This document shows positions 39,701 to 53,555 of a stretch of 64,000 nucleotides of DNA, in pieces (the stretch's first letter is position 1; each line of letters starts with the position of its first letter). Origin of the DNA: Chrysomallon squamiferum (taxonomy: Eukaryota; Animalia; Mollusca); contig CM022679.1 in NCBI GenBank assembly GCA_012295275.1, forward strand, positions 11,284,001 to 11,348,000, written 5' to 3'. Below the pieces are notes generated by a model. It was not told the DNA's origin. It ran no database searches and saw only the letters and a list, made by a program, of their open reading frames with translations. Made by a program: the position numbers and the translations under genes.

Positions 39701-42700
39701 AATAATAAAAAAAAGAAAAAAGAAAAACCTCTCTCTTGATAACATTTTTTTAAAGCATGTCATATTTATCTTTCCCCAAAATCCTCCTGTCTTATCATTA
39801 TTTTTTCATTCATTCTAAAACGTATATCATAACTTTTTGTCGTCTTTAACCTATACTATAATTTTGATTTATCGCCGGCACTTAAAATACAATGACCATC
39901 TCTGTTTTGGACAAGAGCTCGCCTTGGTTTGATATATTTTACAAGTAGATAAATACTGCATTTTCATTAAATAACTGGTACTGCCATGTTGAGTGCCTCC
40001 CAGATGCAGAACACAAGACTTGGCACAGTTATAGCACTCTCGGTCTAAGTGGTTTAATAAACATGCGGAGATTAATAAAAGTAGTAATGACAGAAGACAT
40101 AATCACATACCTGGATGCTAATGAGACAGATAGCCTTGCATGCATGCATAAATAAGAAATACTAAAAATAAACCTTATGGAATGCACTGAAATATTGTCA
40201 TAAAGAAATTCATGTATGTATTTGAAGGTTTCGGTATAAATACATATTCACATTCATAAATTTATTTTTATCATCTATTGGTCTTGAATATTTACAGCCA
40301 TCAACACAATTCAGCGAAATATTATTACTATTCTATTAATTGGAATAGTATCGTAAGGGCCAGGCAGGATTGTTATGGGCACATCCTTCGATGAATTAGC
40401 TAACCTAACACAGTACAGTCTCCTTAGCAGTTTAATATGATTTATAATGATAAATATTATATTGTTCGCTCTGAATTCAGCACAAATTATTAAAACAATA
40501 ATTGTACAAAGTTCCTTCAAAACTGACTGCACATTAGTGTTTACAGAGTTTGCATTCTATTCTCTTTATCTGTCGTGTCTGTTAAAGTGATTGACAAATA
40601 TAGATTCGTGCCAAGCTAAGGATGATAATGTTTCTCGCATTCTGCTATAATCATCACCACTACTTTTTTCCCTTATCTTTTTTACTCTGGAGACTGCCTT
40701 CATTTTACCAGTGTCTAATATTGATCATGAGAAAATGTAACAATTTTAAATGCACAATATATTTCATCCAGACAAGCAACTACAAATATTGTTTAACGTC
40801 TTCTTTTCCCTTCGGCATATTTTGCTATTAATTACTTATTTAATTTGTTGAATGGTTTGTTTAATTATTTGTTTATTTGCTTCCCAAAATTAATGATATT
40901 TATAGATTATTATATATATATTTTTATCTAATCCATGTTAAACCTGAATATAATGAACCTAATTCTGAAATTGTTTTATTAAAAAGATACCCAAAACTGA
41001 AATAAATAACTAAAAAATAATGGATTTGTCATGATGAAAGGAAATATATTGAATCTCTTAAATAAATAAATAAAAAATATATAAATCTCATACTACTGCA
41101 GTATCTTGACTGTAAATGTAGATTTAGACCTGATAAAGATCAGCTGAAATGAAAACTAATGCAGACATATGTGCACAGATTCAAGTTCATACAAACATAA
41201 ACACTCAAATCAGATATATTAAAATCTTCTCATGGCGAAGACTAGTTACAATTTTATTCTAACTCCCTCACTATGTCTTAGTCTCTGCCATTCTGACTAA
41301 TGAATATATAAACATAATGTTTTATAACTTACTATGGCTAAGTGATGAGCTAGGAGTGGATATATCGGATTCAGCACTATCGTGATCCAGCGTAATTTGC
41401 ACAGGAGGAGCAAATACTGGCAGACGATGAGACTGTTTGGACTCCTCTTGTTGCTCATCCAGGTTGCTGGTATCCACCTGCCTTAGAGGCTGAGGCGGCT
41501 GAAACGACTTTGCCACAGGCTTGGGAGTCATCAACTTCTTTTGGATCTCCTGAATGGACAAACGTGGCTCTTCTGGTGTCTCTGGGCTTAGAGGAGGTTC
41601 TTGACCCGGTTGCCAAATATTTGGCTTAAATGCTTCCATGGGTTCAGGTTTCCAGCGTTCAGCATTTGTGCCTGAGGTCTGCTGAGATTGTTGTTTCTCT
41701 TGCAGGTGCTGTTGATGCTGCTGAAACTGCTGCTGGTGGTGCATTACATTATGCTGTTGCTGTTGCATGAACTGCTGTCGTTCCTGTAGATTCTTCTGTT
41801 GCTTAGCAGCAAACGAATCACTCGGCTGCCATTTGTCTTCCTGAGACGTGGTGATTTTCCTGACATTAAACATCGGCACAATTTTCTTCGACGATGAACT
41901 TTTTTGGTTAGGCGCCACGTTTTCCTTCATGTCGTCACTATTATCGCTGAACATAGCAGACACTTGTACATGAACAGGTTTCGACGTGAATGGCTGAGAC
42001 ATGTATTGCGAATCGACAGTATAAGGTATGGGACTCTGAGAACGATTGTCCCTTTGTTCGTTTGTAACAACCATAGATTCTTTCTGCACGAAACCCGTTG
42101 TTGTAGTTTCCTTGTCTTGCTGCACCCAGCTTTGTGTTTCCACCTTCTTTGACATGTTGCCTTCGGAAAAGGTTTCAGAAGTCTGAGACGTTGTCATTTC
42201 GTCAGGCTTCGCTTCTTGGGGTTGCGAACTTCCACTGACCGCAGCAGTTAAAGGTGAGGCATTTGGTAAATCCTGAATGTCTCCCCTAGAAATTAAAATG
42301 TATTGGGAACTGAATATATATTACATTAAAAAGAACAAGAAGAAAAACAAAAGAAGAATGAAATCCATACAAACAATAATAAAAAAAAAACGATTACTGC
42401 AACAACAATTATTATAATAGTGAAGATTCTAAAGTCTTCAGAGCTTACAGATTTGTTTATGCTAATTATGTTTGTTTTTTTCATTACTTAAAAATTGTAA
42501 TAATATGTTACATATAACACTTTAATTTTATCAGTTAACAACTATGATATTAGTGTTCCAATAAATTAATTAATATAATTATATCCAGTACTAATATTAC
42601 ATTTTTCTGCGATAATATTTATTGTCTCCTTTATAGGAAAGTTAATTTTCTAAAACTAAATGAATATGATATTTTCACGATTTACCTGAATACCTCCATA

Positions 42701-44169
42701 ACAAGTGTATCACCGGAAGCATCCACCATTGCCATCGATTCATCATGAGATCGACCGGAAGTAGACTGTCCATTAATGCTAACAATGACGTCCCCCTCTT
42801 TAATGCCATTTGTATGTGCCTTACTTTTCTTTCTTATCTGAAAGAAGAAAATTCAGTTATTTTCAAGAATTAAAAATGTAACATATGAAAAATAGAATCA
42901 TTTGACAGGTCCTCTGTGACCAACTAAAATAATGAACTATTGCATAATCTGGATAAAAGTTAGGAAGGTTTGAACCAGGTTTCATTTTTGTAAATTATAT
43001 CCAAGCTTGGAAAACAACAACAACAACAAAAAAAAAAAAAAAAAAAAACATCACAGATTTTGTCACTGAAATAAAAAGTTACTAAACATTTAATCATAGC
43101 ATCATAACATCTTCACTAAATTATTATTATCGTTATTTTAATGCGTATTAGTATACTAATATGGTGGCAGTAATTTAAGACTTCATACTCTGAGGCATGT
43201 TGCACTAATTTTCTGCAAGTAAAAGCCTGAGGTCCTATGCTAACATACTTTTGCTTGGTATGCATTGAGATTTCATCTTGAGACTTAGTGCATGATGTGA
43301 ATGAAAATATTTCATTAGTTTAAACATTTTAACAATCTTAAGTCTTCAATATAACTGGAGTATAATGTAAGCTTATTATTTTGTGATATTTTGCCTGGAA
43401 ACATCTGAAACAAGATTGCAGAGTATTTCTGCGATATTACAAAACTCTGTTTTAAAATTATTTTTATTTTGAAGTATATATAATTTAAATTAGAAATTAA
43501 ACACTGATACAGTGTATATCGACTTATACAAGAGGTAAATATCTATCTTTCTGTATAACCATATATATACACGTCGATCTGACAGTCTCTCTCTCCCTGA
43601 ATATAACTCTTTGCCTTTTTATTTATCGTCCTCTGTATGCAACGAGATGAACACCCACACATATACATACTTATAAAAGCAAAAATACAAAATAATCACC
43701 CCCAAATGTGTGAAACCTGATAAATAATCATTAATAGAAACGTCTAGTTATCATTAGACAAAGCAGATTTGCTGAGATCGTTAGGTCACAAGTTTCACAC
43801 GCAAAAATACAAATAACATTTTCAGGCATGAAATGATTACACAATATTGTGCTAATAGCACCTTCATCCTGCTTTCAGTGATGAAAGCCATGTGTTGTTA
43901 TGGTTACCAGAACTTTCGGTTAATTCTTTCGGTATTTCCAACAGATTTGTTTCTGTGCCAATCACTAAATCATAAACAGCTAACTGTCTTGGTCGGCCCG
44001 CACTTTAGTATCGAGTTAGACGTTTTAGTTTGGGTGAACATAATATATATATACACATACAAAACATAGCATACGTACATATACACATATTTATATACGA
44101 GTATATTATATAGTGTATAATTCACTAGGTATTTCTTTTATCAAAATCTTTTTGTTGCTTTTGTGGTTT

Positions 44170-44216
<47 letters not shown>

Positions 44217-47139
44217 TTATTATTATTATCTTCATCATCATCATCATCATCATTATCATCATAATTATCATTAATGTTGCGAGTGTTTCAGATTTAAAAG
44301 ATATATATATGATTTTGTTTCTTTACCTCTATGTACTTGGTCCATGCATTCATATTTGTATTCATGCATTACTAAAAATAACATCATAAATTCTTGTGCT
44401 CACATTTTACATAAAATACCTGGATAAATATTATTCCGATAAGATAACTATAGTACATCGGATAGCTTGGTAAATAGCTTCATTCTAAGATTTTGAAACA
44501 TTAAGCGAAACTAAAGATTAAAGTCAGGACAGATTATTTATCCTCGAATTAGAGCACCACGCTGTGAAGCAGGTTCTAAGGGCTTTTAATGTACTTTCTG
44601 TATCTGTAGCCAGTTCTCACACACATCACCTTCCAATAATCATGTGCCCATCAGACCGATTAAATATCCCAGCACTGCCCAAAGACAAACATGAAAAATA
44701 AAAACGTATGGTCAAAACAAGTTTCTGCATCAACACCTGATGCTTCTTGTCAGTCTCACCTTGATGGATGTAAATAAACATTTCCCAAAACGTAAACAAC
44801 TGAACTGCACACCTTACTGCTCATCTAGCAAGATTATTATTGTGTACAGAAGACAGACTGCAGCCATAACTGTTAATTAATGTTATCGATGAGACGTCTA
44901 AACTTCTGGGTTTTATCTTTTTCCTTATTATTTTGCTTGTAAAACTGTTGTAGGTTGATTTTCAAGTGGATATTTAGGGCAGAGCAACTTTCGTTAAAAC
45001 AAGAATAAAGAAGACGGAACCTCCCCTATCGGGCATTTCTGTAGGGTGGTGTTGTGAGTTCGAGACTTTCTTGATATCCTCCCGTCAGCAGTACACATAA
45101 ATACATACAAAAACATATCATTATTTACACACGTGCACTGTACACCAGAAGCGGTCATAAGTGTTTTTCTCCGTTTCTGAATGTGCACATTTCAACTTCT
45201 CCTAGTTTATAATCGAAAAAGATTAGACCAGGGAGTGACTGCAGATTTAATCATTAAGCAAAAATAAATATTAAAATGAAAAATATTATTATTCGTTTAA
45301 AATTATTAGTTTTGTAACAGTTATGTTCTACTTGAACATTTCAATGTATGCGATATATGTTGCCCCTTATTAAACTCAATACTTAACCAGTTACAAATAC
45401 ACGTTGTAACAGTATGTCCTGTAATTCATCTACAAACATTTCTCTAATAAAATACAAAACAAAACAAAAAAAAAACTAAAAATAAGAATGTAACCCCATA
45501 TGGTTCAAGGTCACTAAAGTGATGGTTCTACGCCAACTTTCTTGAGTCATGAGCGAATGTGTTGAGTGGAAGTTTGGCATACACATGTGTCGCTAACCTC
45601 GAATGCACGCAGAACAGAGAATTAAAGCCACAAGTATCGTGTTACATACACAAATATGCGCAACTGGTAATGTAAGAGTGCAATGTCAGTGTATGTTATA
45701 TCTTTATTACGAGTTACACGTGCTATGCTAGGATATGTCTGTAAGATAAATCACTGACAAAAAGACAGAGACAGAGACAGATAGATAGTGAAGAATGTGC
45801 GTGTGTGTGTCTACGTGTGTGTGTATTTTCTCTTAAGTCAAACATTAAGAACATAAAAGTATTATGTAATAAAATGTGCATGTGTTTGTGTGTGTGTGAG
45901 TGTGTGTGTGTGTGTGTTTAATATATGGGTGAACATTTGCTTAAACTTCGGTAAACATTGTTATTGTTAGGTGTGAAACGTGCTTTTAGTACAATGGTAA
46001 TAAATGAGATGAAACCTGCTGCCGCCACTATTACTAATACAGATCAGCAACAATGGATTTCTTATCAGAAGAAAAGTGAGAGGTGGTTAATTTTTGGCAT
46101 GATAGAAGTATTCAAGCATGTTTGACGTGAACATCCTCCAACCTCGCCAGAGTTCTGTACAAGAGAGGCTGGGAATTCTGAATAACTGCTATATAAATAT
46201 GAACATCACATGTTTCTGCGTTACAGGAATTGTTAAAATACGCACAGGTCTCACGTCACCCTACAGTTAACTCTAGGTATGAGTCAGATGCAGTATGACT
46301 TTAATACTTAACACTCTTGCCTTATAACCAGTAACTGAATCTGGGCAGCTTCGACACTCTTTCGATACTGTTAGTTAGATCTGAACCACCCGTGATGTTT
46401 GTACAATCATTCACTTGTTGTTGATACATTGTTGGATATAAACGGCTCCCAGGACGAAGATAAGACAGGCGGTATCTTTAAAACATAGACTACGTCTTTG
46501 TTTACCTAGCAATATTTCTTATTTTATTATCGCAAAACAAAGATTATTTAGCATGATGGTTCTTCCAAAGATAACAAGTGAAAAGCGAAAAATCGGGAAA
46601 CCTTTTTTGTATCAACACAATGAAATACTGATTTGGAAAGAGAAAAGTTTACCATTTTTATTATGAAAAACTGCATGGACATCTTGTTCGTTTAAAGATA
46701 GGGCATAGAGCCTTTATAAGTTTGGATCAAAGTAAATAAATCAAAACAATGTGCTGTTATGTAATTTTAGCAATCGAATGTTGAATTTAAACGAGAATTT
46801 TCAAAGGCTGGGCTAAAATAAGAGCGGAAGAAGAATATGGACGAGGGCCTAGATAACATGAAAGATCAAACAGTATGTATACAACTGTTTCAAAGAGTTT
46901 ATTTTTATTTTGTAAGAGACATGTAGATAGATATGGTTTTGAAATTGTATTACTGGCGGTCTTAGCTCTACAAATAAGCAATACATAAAAATACAGCAAT
47001 AGATGAAGCAAAGCTATCATGACAAAAACTTTTTACAGAATTTAGTTTTGTATTATTTTTAAATATAATGACTATACTATCTGAAGTATATTTTACATAC
47101 ACAGACATATTTAGAGAGAGATAAACATACAGAAAAAAA

Positions 47140-47195
<56 letters not shown>

Positions 47196-50100
47196 TGACA
47201 ACGTCAATGCCCTGTAGGTTTTTAAACATTTACGTACATCCGGAAATTAAATTTATGGGGAGAAAAAAGAAAGAACAAAAACATTTCTTTGTTCAAGTTT
47301 TCCAATTTATGAAAATTTCCTGACCGAGGTCAGTAGACCACTTGTGTCTAAGATAGGCGTTTTCTGATTGTGTAGTTAATACAACAGTATTTTACTAAAA
47401 AAAAAGAAAAAGAGGGGCGGATAAAACGTGTATTATTTCTGAAAATTAACTTACTAATAAATAAATTAAATATTTGCAGTCGATAATCTAACATCATATT
47501 AAAATAATAACGGTCACTTTGTATCGCCATCTGAAAATAGTTTCATACAATAAAGTTATGAACTGTAATGCGCATTGTAGTAAAATGAAATCGTGACAGT
47601 GTCCCCAGAACAGATCTGTCGACAAACTGAATATGTTTACATAATGTTTAGAATTAAAATAGTGAATATGAAATAAACTCAAGTTCAGTGTCTTCAAATA
47701 GGTTAACGCATGACTGTGTAAACAAATCGAAGGTAAATATGATAGTACAAATAGGTTGAATGTTCTTATCTTTTTTTAAGGTATTTGCGCTTTCAAAACG
47801 GCGAGGTAACCATAGCTCAGATATTCGCTTCAAGGAAGGGGATAATGTATTGTTTGTTTAGGGATGTGTTTTTGATCAGACTAAGATCAAGAATGTAAAA
47901 GAGGAAGACGTCCTGCTGTCACTTTAAAATTTCAAATCTTAATGATCACTTGCTCATTGTATGTCTATCTCTATCTTCCACGTATAAATAAATAAGTATT
48001 AACATTATATGCATGTGTGTGTTTAAGTGTACTTGCGAGTATATGCTTAAATTTAGTTTTCTTTCTTTTCTTTTTGTTTCTTTTTTTTTTAATGAAAAAT
48101 GGTTAATCTTGAAATAGGGCGTTCAAAATGAATATCAGCTCTGGAAAAGTTAGACTTCTACAAGAATAACCAGAAGAGGCAAAGGTTTATATCTGAAATA
48201 ACTTACAAGTTCTGATTTTCGCGAAAGGTCATTAAACCCAAGATGTCACTTTAAATTGAAACCGTTCTACATTCTGGATTTCCACGAATGCTGTGTGGAT
48301 GAAACAGAGGAAGTAGCAACAAAAACAAATTACTTTGTATTTCAACATGTCTAAATCAAACCAAATACCACACAGTGCTGATGTTTCCAACAGCTGAGCG
48401 AACACTGTTATGTAGGGTATCTCTCTCGTCATACCCTCGGCCGATTTACCGAAGTCTTGAAGACACAATCACAGAAATCCAAACTGTTGTTACTGTTTGT
48501 CATTTAATTTTCTTTTTGTAATATTTTATTAAATATGTATTTTACATTGACCGTGCAAAGTATGTGAACTGCGATTTTCTTAACTTGAAGTTTGTATATA
48601 TATATATCAAAAAGGTAAGCTAATATTTAAAATAATTTACTTTACTGCGTTAAAAGCATCTCTTGATGCTAATCGGTTTTGGATTTTCTCCCTTATATTA
48701 TTATCTATATATAGCAATATGTCTGACATCTGATAACGAATACATTTTGAGGAGTGATTAAGTAAACATTCATTCATTCCTCAACAGTTGTTATTATTTT
48801 TCTTTTATTCCACTTCTTTACTTAAAATATTCAAATGCTGACGAATTCACAATTCTGTTCGAAATAATGATGAAGCACGTATGTTTTGAATACAATTAAG
48901 AAATTTTAGTCTTACATTGATGTTCAGTATAACCTAAGCGGCTTTATACAGTTTCTTCGTCTTCTTGTTAGTACCCAATACGAGGATACGCTCTAGATAG
49001 GTTTCAATCTCAAGGCAGCTGACACAATCATAAAAGAGCAAAACCATTTGATTAATGGGAAGGTCTGAGGTGTATAAAAGGGTAGCAGTAATAGTACAAG
49101 TTCATGTTACTCCCTCTGTTTGGCAGAAGAATGTTTCATATCACTGCAAACATATGACATTTATAACTATTTGACATCAGCACTGTACCGAATGACCGAC
49201 TGTCTGCACTAAATGCCTGCGATCCGAAACAGATAAACTTATAAGAAAACATTTTTCTTATCTTGTTTACGTTGAATGCTACTGACCTTAACGGTACCTG
49301 TTAATTGGGATTTCCATTTCCTCTAAAGGAGGAACACATTTCGAAAGGAAAAACTTAAGTTTAGCGCGTTCGAGTCTATGAACATATAATTATACACTTT
49401 TTAAATTCTGTAACAACTTGTTGCAGACATCTGTCATCTGTTGGGCATACTGCACTGTCTATCTGTGATAAGTATTTTAAGATTTATTTAGTGGACTGGT
49501 TGCATAATTAACATGATAGTTAATGTCTGTGAAAATAAGTTTATATTATATAAACTACTGATATATGTTCGTACACAGTTAAATTCATGTCCTCTTTGTC
49601 TGCCGACTTTCTTTGTTGTAATCTTTTCGCGTGGTCAGAACATTTTCATTAGAAAGTACTTTGTGTCATTCGTAATCTATTTCCATTGAAAAACTATAAT
49701 ATATCAGATAAGTAATTTTTATTACCAGTGGCGGGATTAACAAAACAGACGGTTGTTCGCTGCTGATGTTTATTGTGGAAAGGTTAAGGACCTATAAGTC
49801 TGCAAGGTCTGGATAGGAAACAACAAAACAAAACAGAACTGAGATCAGAAATCCAGTAAAAAAAATATTCCATTCATTTCATTTCTTTAAGATAAGATCC
49901 ACAACCAAATGGTGGAAATGCATTGTGTAAAATATACATCTGGGTTGTTTTGTTGTCTGTTATTATTTCTACTCAAGAATACAAAAGCAAAAGACTATAC
50001 AATCAGGTTTATACAAAGTTTCCTATTTGGCGAATTGTGGATAAGTTTTTTGTTTTTTTTCTAACTTTCTGCCATATGTCAGAAATCTAATCGTCTCAGA

Positions 50101-50573
50101 TTAAACAATACACTTATGTATCGCCAAACAAATATTTCTTCCCGTTCTTTCAAGATAGGTCGAGAGAAAAGTCAGTCGACATATCTCGGCATGAATCGAC
50201 CCAACTCGGAATGCCAGTGATGATCTGACATTTACAAAATGTGATAACCACGTCAGCAAATTTCAGAACTATCAGAAATATGATCAGCAGAGCTTTGACG
50301 GTTTGTTTCTCCCAGTACAAAATCATCATGATTTTGTCGATAATACAAGAATGAAAGTTTCGTAATAATTTAATTTCTGAAATCTGTTTAATCTCAGTAA
50401 TCAATCAGCGGCAAAGATGATCAAACTAATTTTATCAAAGTTTTCAAGATTTTGATTAAGAATAAATTTACAAAGTGCTGTTTATATCGATTATTTAATA
50501 AAGTTACAGTAAGTGCTAGTTTCATGAAGGGATGATCCATTTGAGAAAGAAAAGGTGTCTTAAAAAAATGTAT

Positions 50574-50618
<45 letters not shown>

Positions 50619-50628
50619 TAGTAGTATA

Positions 50629-50671
<43 letters not shown>

Positions 50672-52058
50672 ACAAACAAATAATGTATTCCATGATTGTA
50701 AAGTAAAATAAACTAATTAAATTCAAACAGTTTTAAAAAAAAACACTTCTAAAACGTAATTTTTAACAGATGACGAGAAATCAAGTATGTTAATTAATCA
50801 CTATATTCTAGAGCATAAAGAAAAAAACACCCTGAAAACACTGAAGTTCGTAGAACAAGGTTAAGGGTGTTGGCCTGTTCTAAGTAATTACTAAAGCATT
50901 CTGAAGTGAAGACTAAAATTTTATTGTTATTGTTTACCTGAAGAAAAAAGCTAAATAACGTGAAAAATATAGAGAGTTATTGAACAAGAGACAGAAATAG
51001 ATATATAGACAAAAAGACAGACATACAGACATAGATAGATGGATTGAGGAAGGAGGTTTGCTGCGAATTTCCAATTCCTTTTCTAATCGTTATTAATAAA
51101 ATTATAATTAGATATATAAATGCCAAATAAATTAATAATCATTTTCCATAACTTAACATCATTGAAAACATATCTTTATACATATTACTTTTTTAAAATT
51201 GTTTTATTTTATGCTCTAACATTCGTCATCAGTCATGCGATCCAAGTATTTACTTTGTCGCATCCACTAATATTAAGTGTAAACGATATTGTTTGCAACA
51301 TATTTGCTAACGAATGAACATGTACTTGAGAAAGCTCGGCAAATTCCATGCACCTGGACCGCCTGCTCTGCTGCATACGACAGCCGCTGGAGTGGCGCGA
51401 TTTTTGTTTTTGGTGGTTACACAATAAACACAACAGTCGTCTGCAGTCTTCACACACGGATCAAATTTCAAGTGCAAATTAGCAGAAACGCTGCATCGCA
51501 ACAGCGACTGCTCAGTTTACGTTAAGCATATAATATTTATTCTCTCAAATATTTACTGTTGTGCTTTATAAAAAGCGTACATATATGGTTGACTGACTCA
51601 CTGACTGGTTGACTGATTGATGGGTTAATTTATTAAATGACTGAATTGTCTGTTAATTGATTCGAAGACAGTGTAATGGGAAGGGAAACTCAAAATCGTG
51701 ATATGATAACAAATAAGGTTTTAGTGCATGCAGTAATTAGAAGAAAACTGTTAAATATTCTGTATTACAGTAAACAGATAATTATCATTGTTAAATAACC
51801 AAATTCAGTAATGTGAATTATCTATATCCCTCGCTTCTAGACAGTAAGCAAAACTGGTATATAAAATTCATCACAGAATGTAAATAATAATCTTTTTTAT
51901 TCATTGTACTACACATTCACATAGAAAACACATAAAAACACATAGGCTAAACTACTTACCTTAGAAACTATCAGGGGTACAGATTCTCCTCCCATGAGTC
52001 GAAATCCCCATGGAGCACCCCCGGACAGGGTGACCTGTATCTTTTCCCCCGTGCCCAT
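36767..52058 (-). CDS. SYNPO2: Synaptopodin-2 (myopodin)/myozenin-family PDZ-domain actin and Z-disc protein; 817 aa
   Basis: Exons 52058-51960, 42837-42686, 42285-41333, 38650-37775, 37140-36767 (2454 nt, phases 0,2,1,1 consistent, all GT-AG). N-terminal PDZ MGTGEKIQVTLSGGAPWGFRLMGGESVPLIVSK|IRKKSKAHTNGIKEGDVIVSINGQ...DTLVMEVFR resembles the human SYNPO2 start MGTGDFICISMTGGAPWGFRLQGG...KIRNQSKA...EGDEVVSING as recalled. Later motifs RGATMFAKRQKKSSKWI, KAGRLFEKRRVRAEKWIVDE, SPWEAA and FNRKAKGW are synaptopodin/calsarcin-type. The symbol means SYNPO2-like; one-to-one orthology is not established. Confidence 0.88.
47144..47192. repeat. (AG)n microsatellite
   Basis: Direct reading. Confidence 0.95.
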
Positions 52059-52141
52059 GACTGAGCGGGTAGTTCCGTGAACTACAGGGCTGTTTCTCTT
52101 AATGCGTCATCGGTGCGCTGAATTGCACGTCACACTATCTG
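52059..52141 (-). other. 5' UTR portion and splice acceptor of the first coding exon of the SYNPO2-like gene (implies an upstream non-coding exon)
   Basis: Strong acceptor ttctctttcttgtttttcttctgcag (CAG at 52141-52139), 80 nt before the ATG. Candidate upstream donors include GAG|gtaaga at 58014/58013. Confidence 0.6.
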
Positions 52142-53506
52142 CAGAAGAAAAACAAGAAAGAGAATGAAGCCATCGCATGGGGTTATTGTCAACATGGTTA
52201 CGTTAGCTCTATGACATACCCAGATCGAAGTATAGATAATGAGAAATACCACACGTGTTTAAGTAAATAAACACAGATCTCGGCGCATATTTTATCACCT
52301 TACTAGAAGCTGTAAAGATATTTTCTGGAAATTCCGAATCACACAGTTACTGTCGGAACAAATTACGATGCGTATAACCACTTATTTTCTGAAACTTAAT
52401 TTCACCGAACTGCAGAAGTTGAGATGTTTTCTAAAACATAATCAGAACGATTTTTTTTTTTCTTTCTTTCTTTCTCTTTGCAATATTAAGGGGGGGGGAG
52501 AAAAAGAAAAGAACTTTTGCAGACACTATAATCTTTTCAAAAACAATAATCGATCATGCACTAATACTGGAATAGGGAAAAACTCACTGTCCCGATTTCC
52601 GCGAGGTAAATTACTTTCATCGCTGCAACTCGAGGTACAAGTGCATTGTGCGATTTGAAGTACAAGCGAGGTAAATGTTGTTTACACTGCCGCCCAATAC
52701 TATCGCATATGAAACGCGCTTACTTGTAATTGAACTCTCGTGTCTGAGTGAGAACCTACATAAAGATATGTTATGTACTGAAGTTCGTCTTCGTAGTTAA
52801 TGAGGTAAGGCTGTTTACAAGACGTTGCACTGCAAACTTGTTTATCTTTATTATCTGAGTGTAAATACATATATTATTATGTACTGACACGAAAAAAATA
52901 AATGGGTATAACGTCATAAATTTTGATTTAACTCACTTTAAAATGAGTTTTAATCATTTAAAAGAAAACACCATAAAATGAGTTATTAAAGAGACAACCT
53001 ATAAACTAAGATAACTTGTTGTTTTTTTGTTGTTGTTGTTGTTGTTGTTGTTATTATTATTATTATTATTATTGTTATTATTATTGTTGTTGTTATTATT
53101 ATTATAAAATAGTATTTTCAGCTACAGAAGTGCTTCATCATTCAAAGAAATTCCTAAAATTATGAATTAGTAATTGACTTTGTACAATGGTAACATGATT
53201 GTCAAAGATTGCAACATGGTCGTTCTTTGATCTTTACTGATAGAACATTGCTTGCATTACAACATTGTTTGGCACGTGTTACCCACATGATGACTGGCAT
53301 CATTAATTTCATTTCATTCTAAACAATCTAGACTGTCCTGTTTTTAATTAGCAGTGATCTGTTTTTAATTACCAATATTCTCTTGTTTAATCAAGGGTGT
53401 TCACATCTGCATACACAAACAAATACACACACATTATATTCTTACAAATATTTCCATACATTTATACAATACTCACATAAGCACCATATCTCTACACCAA
53501 ATATGC

Positions 53507-53555
<49 letters not shown>

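Noticed and set aside
39845-40060. Segment bounded by TTAA with a ctaagtggtttaa end, suggesting a piggyBac/Kolobok-type MITE
   Set aside because: No matching terminal inverted repeat found at the other end.
44372-45485. CTAAAAATAA MEF2-like sites at 44372 and 45476 in the muscle-type gene's first intron
   Set aside because: Expected by chance in such AT-rich DNA; no proper CArG box seen beside them.
51307-51501. GGPGAWNL peptide resembling the GPGPWGF loop of ZASP-type PDZ domains (a duplicated PDZ exon 1?)
   Set aside because: Similarity limited to a few residues, no ATG in that frame, and the donor would be in the wrong phase for exon 2.
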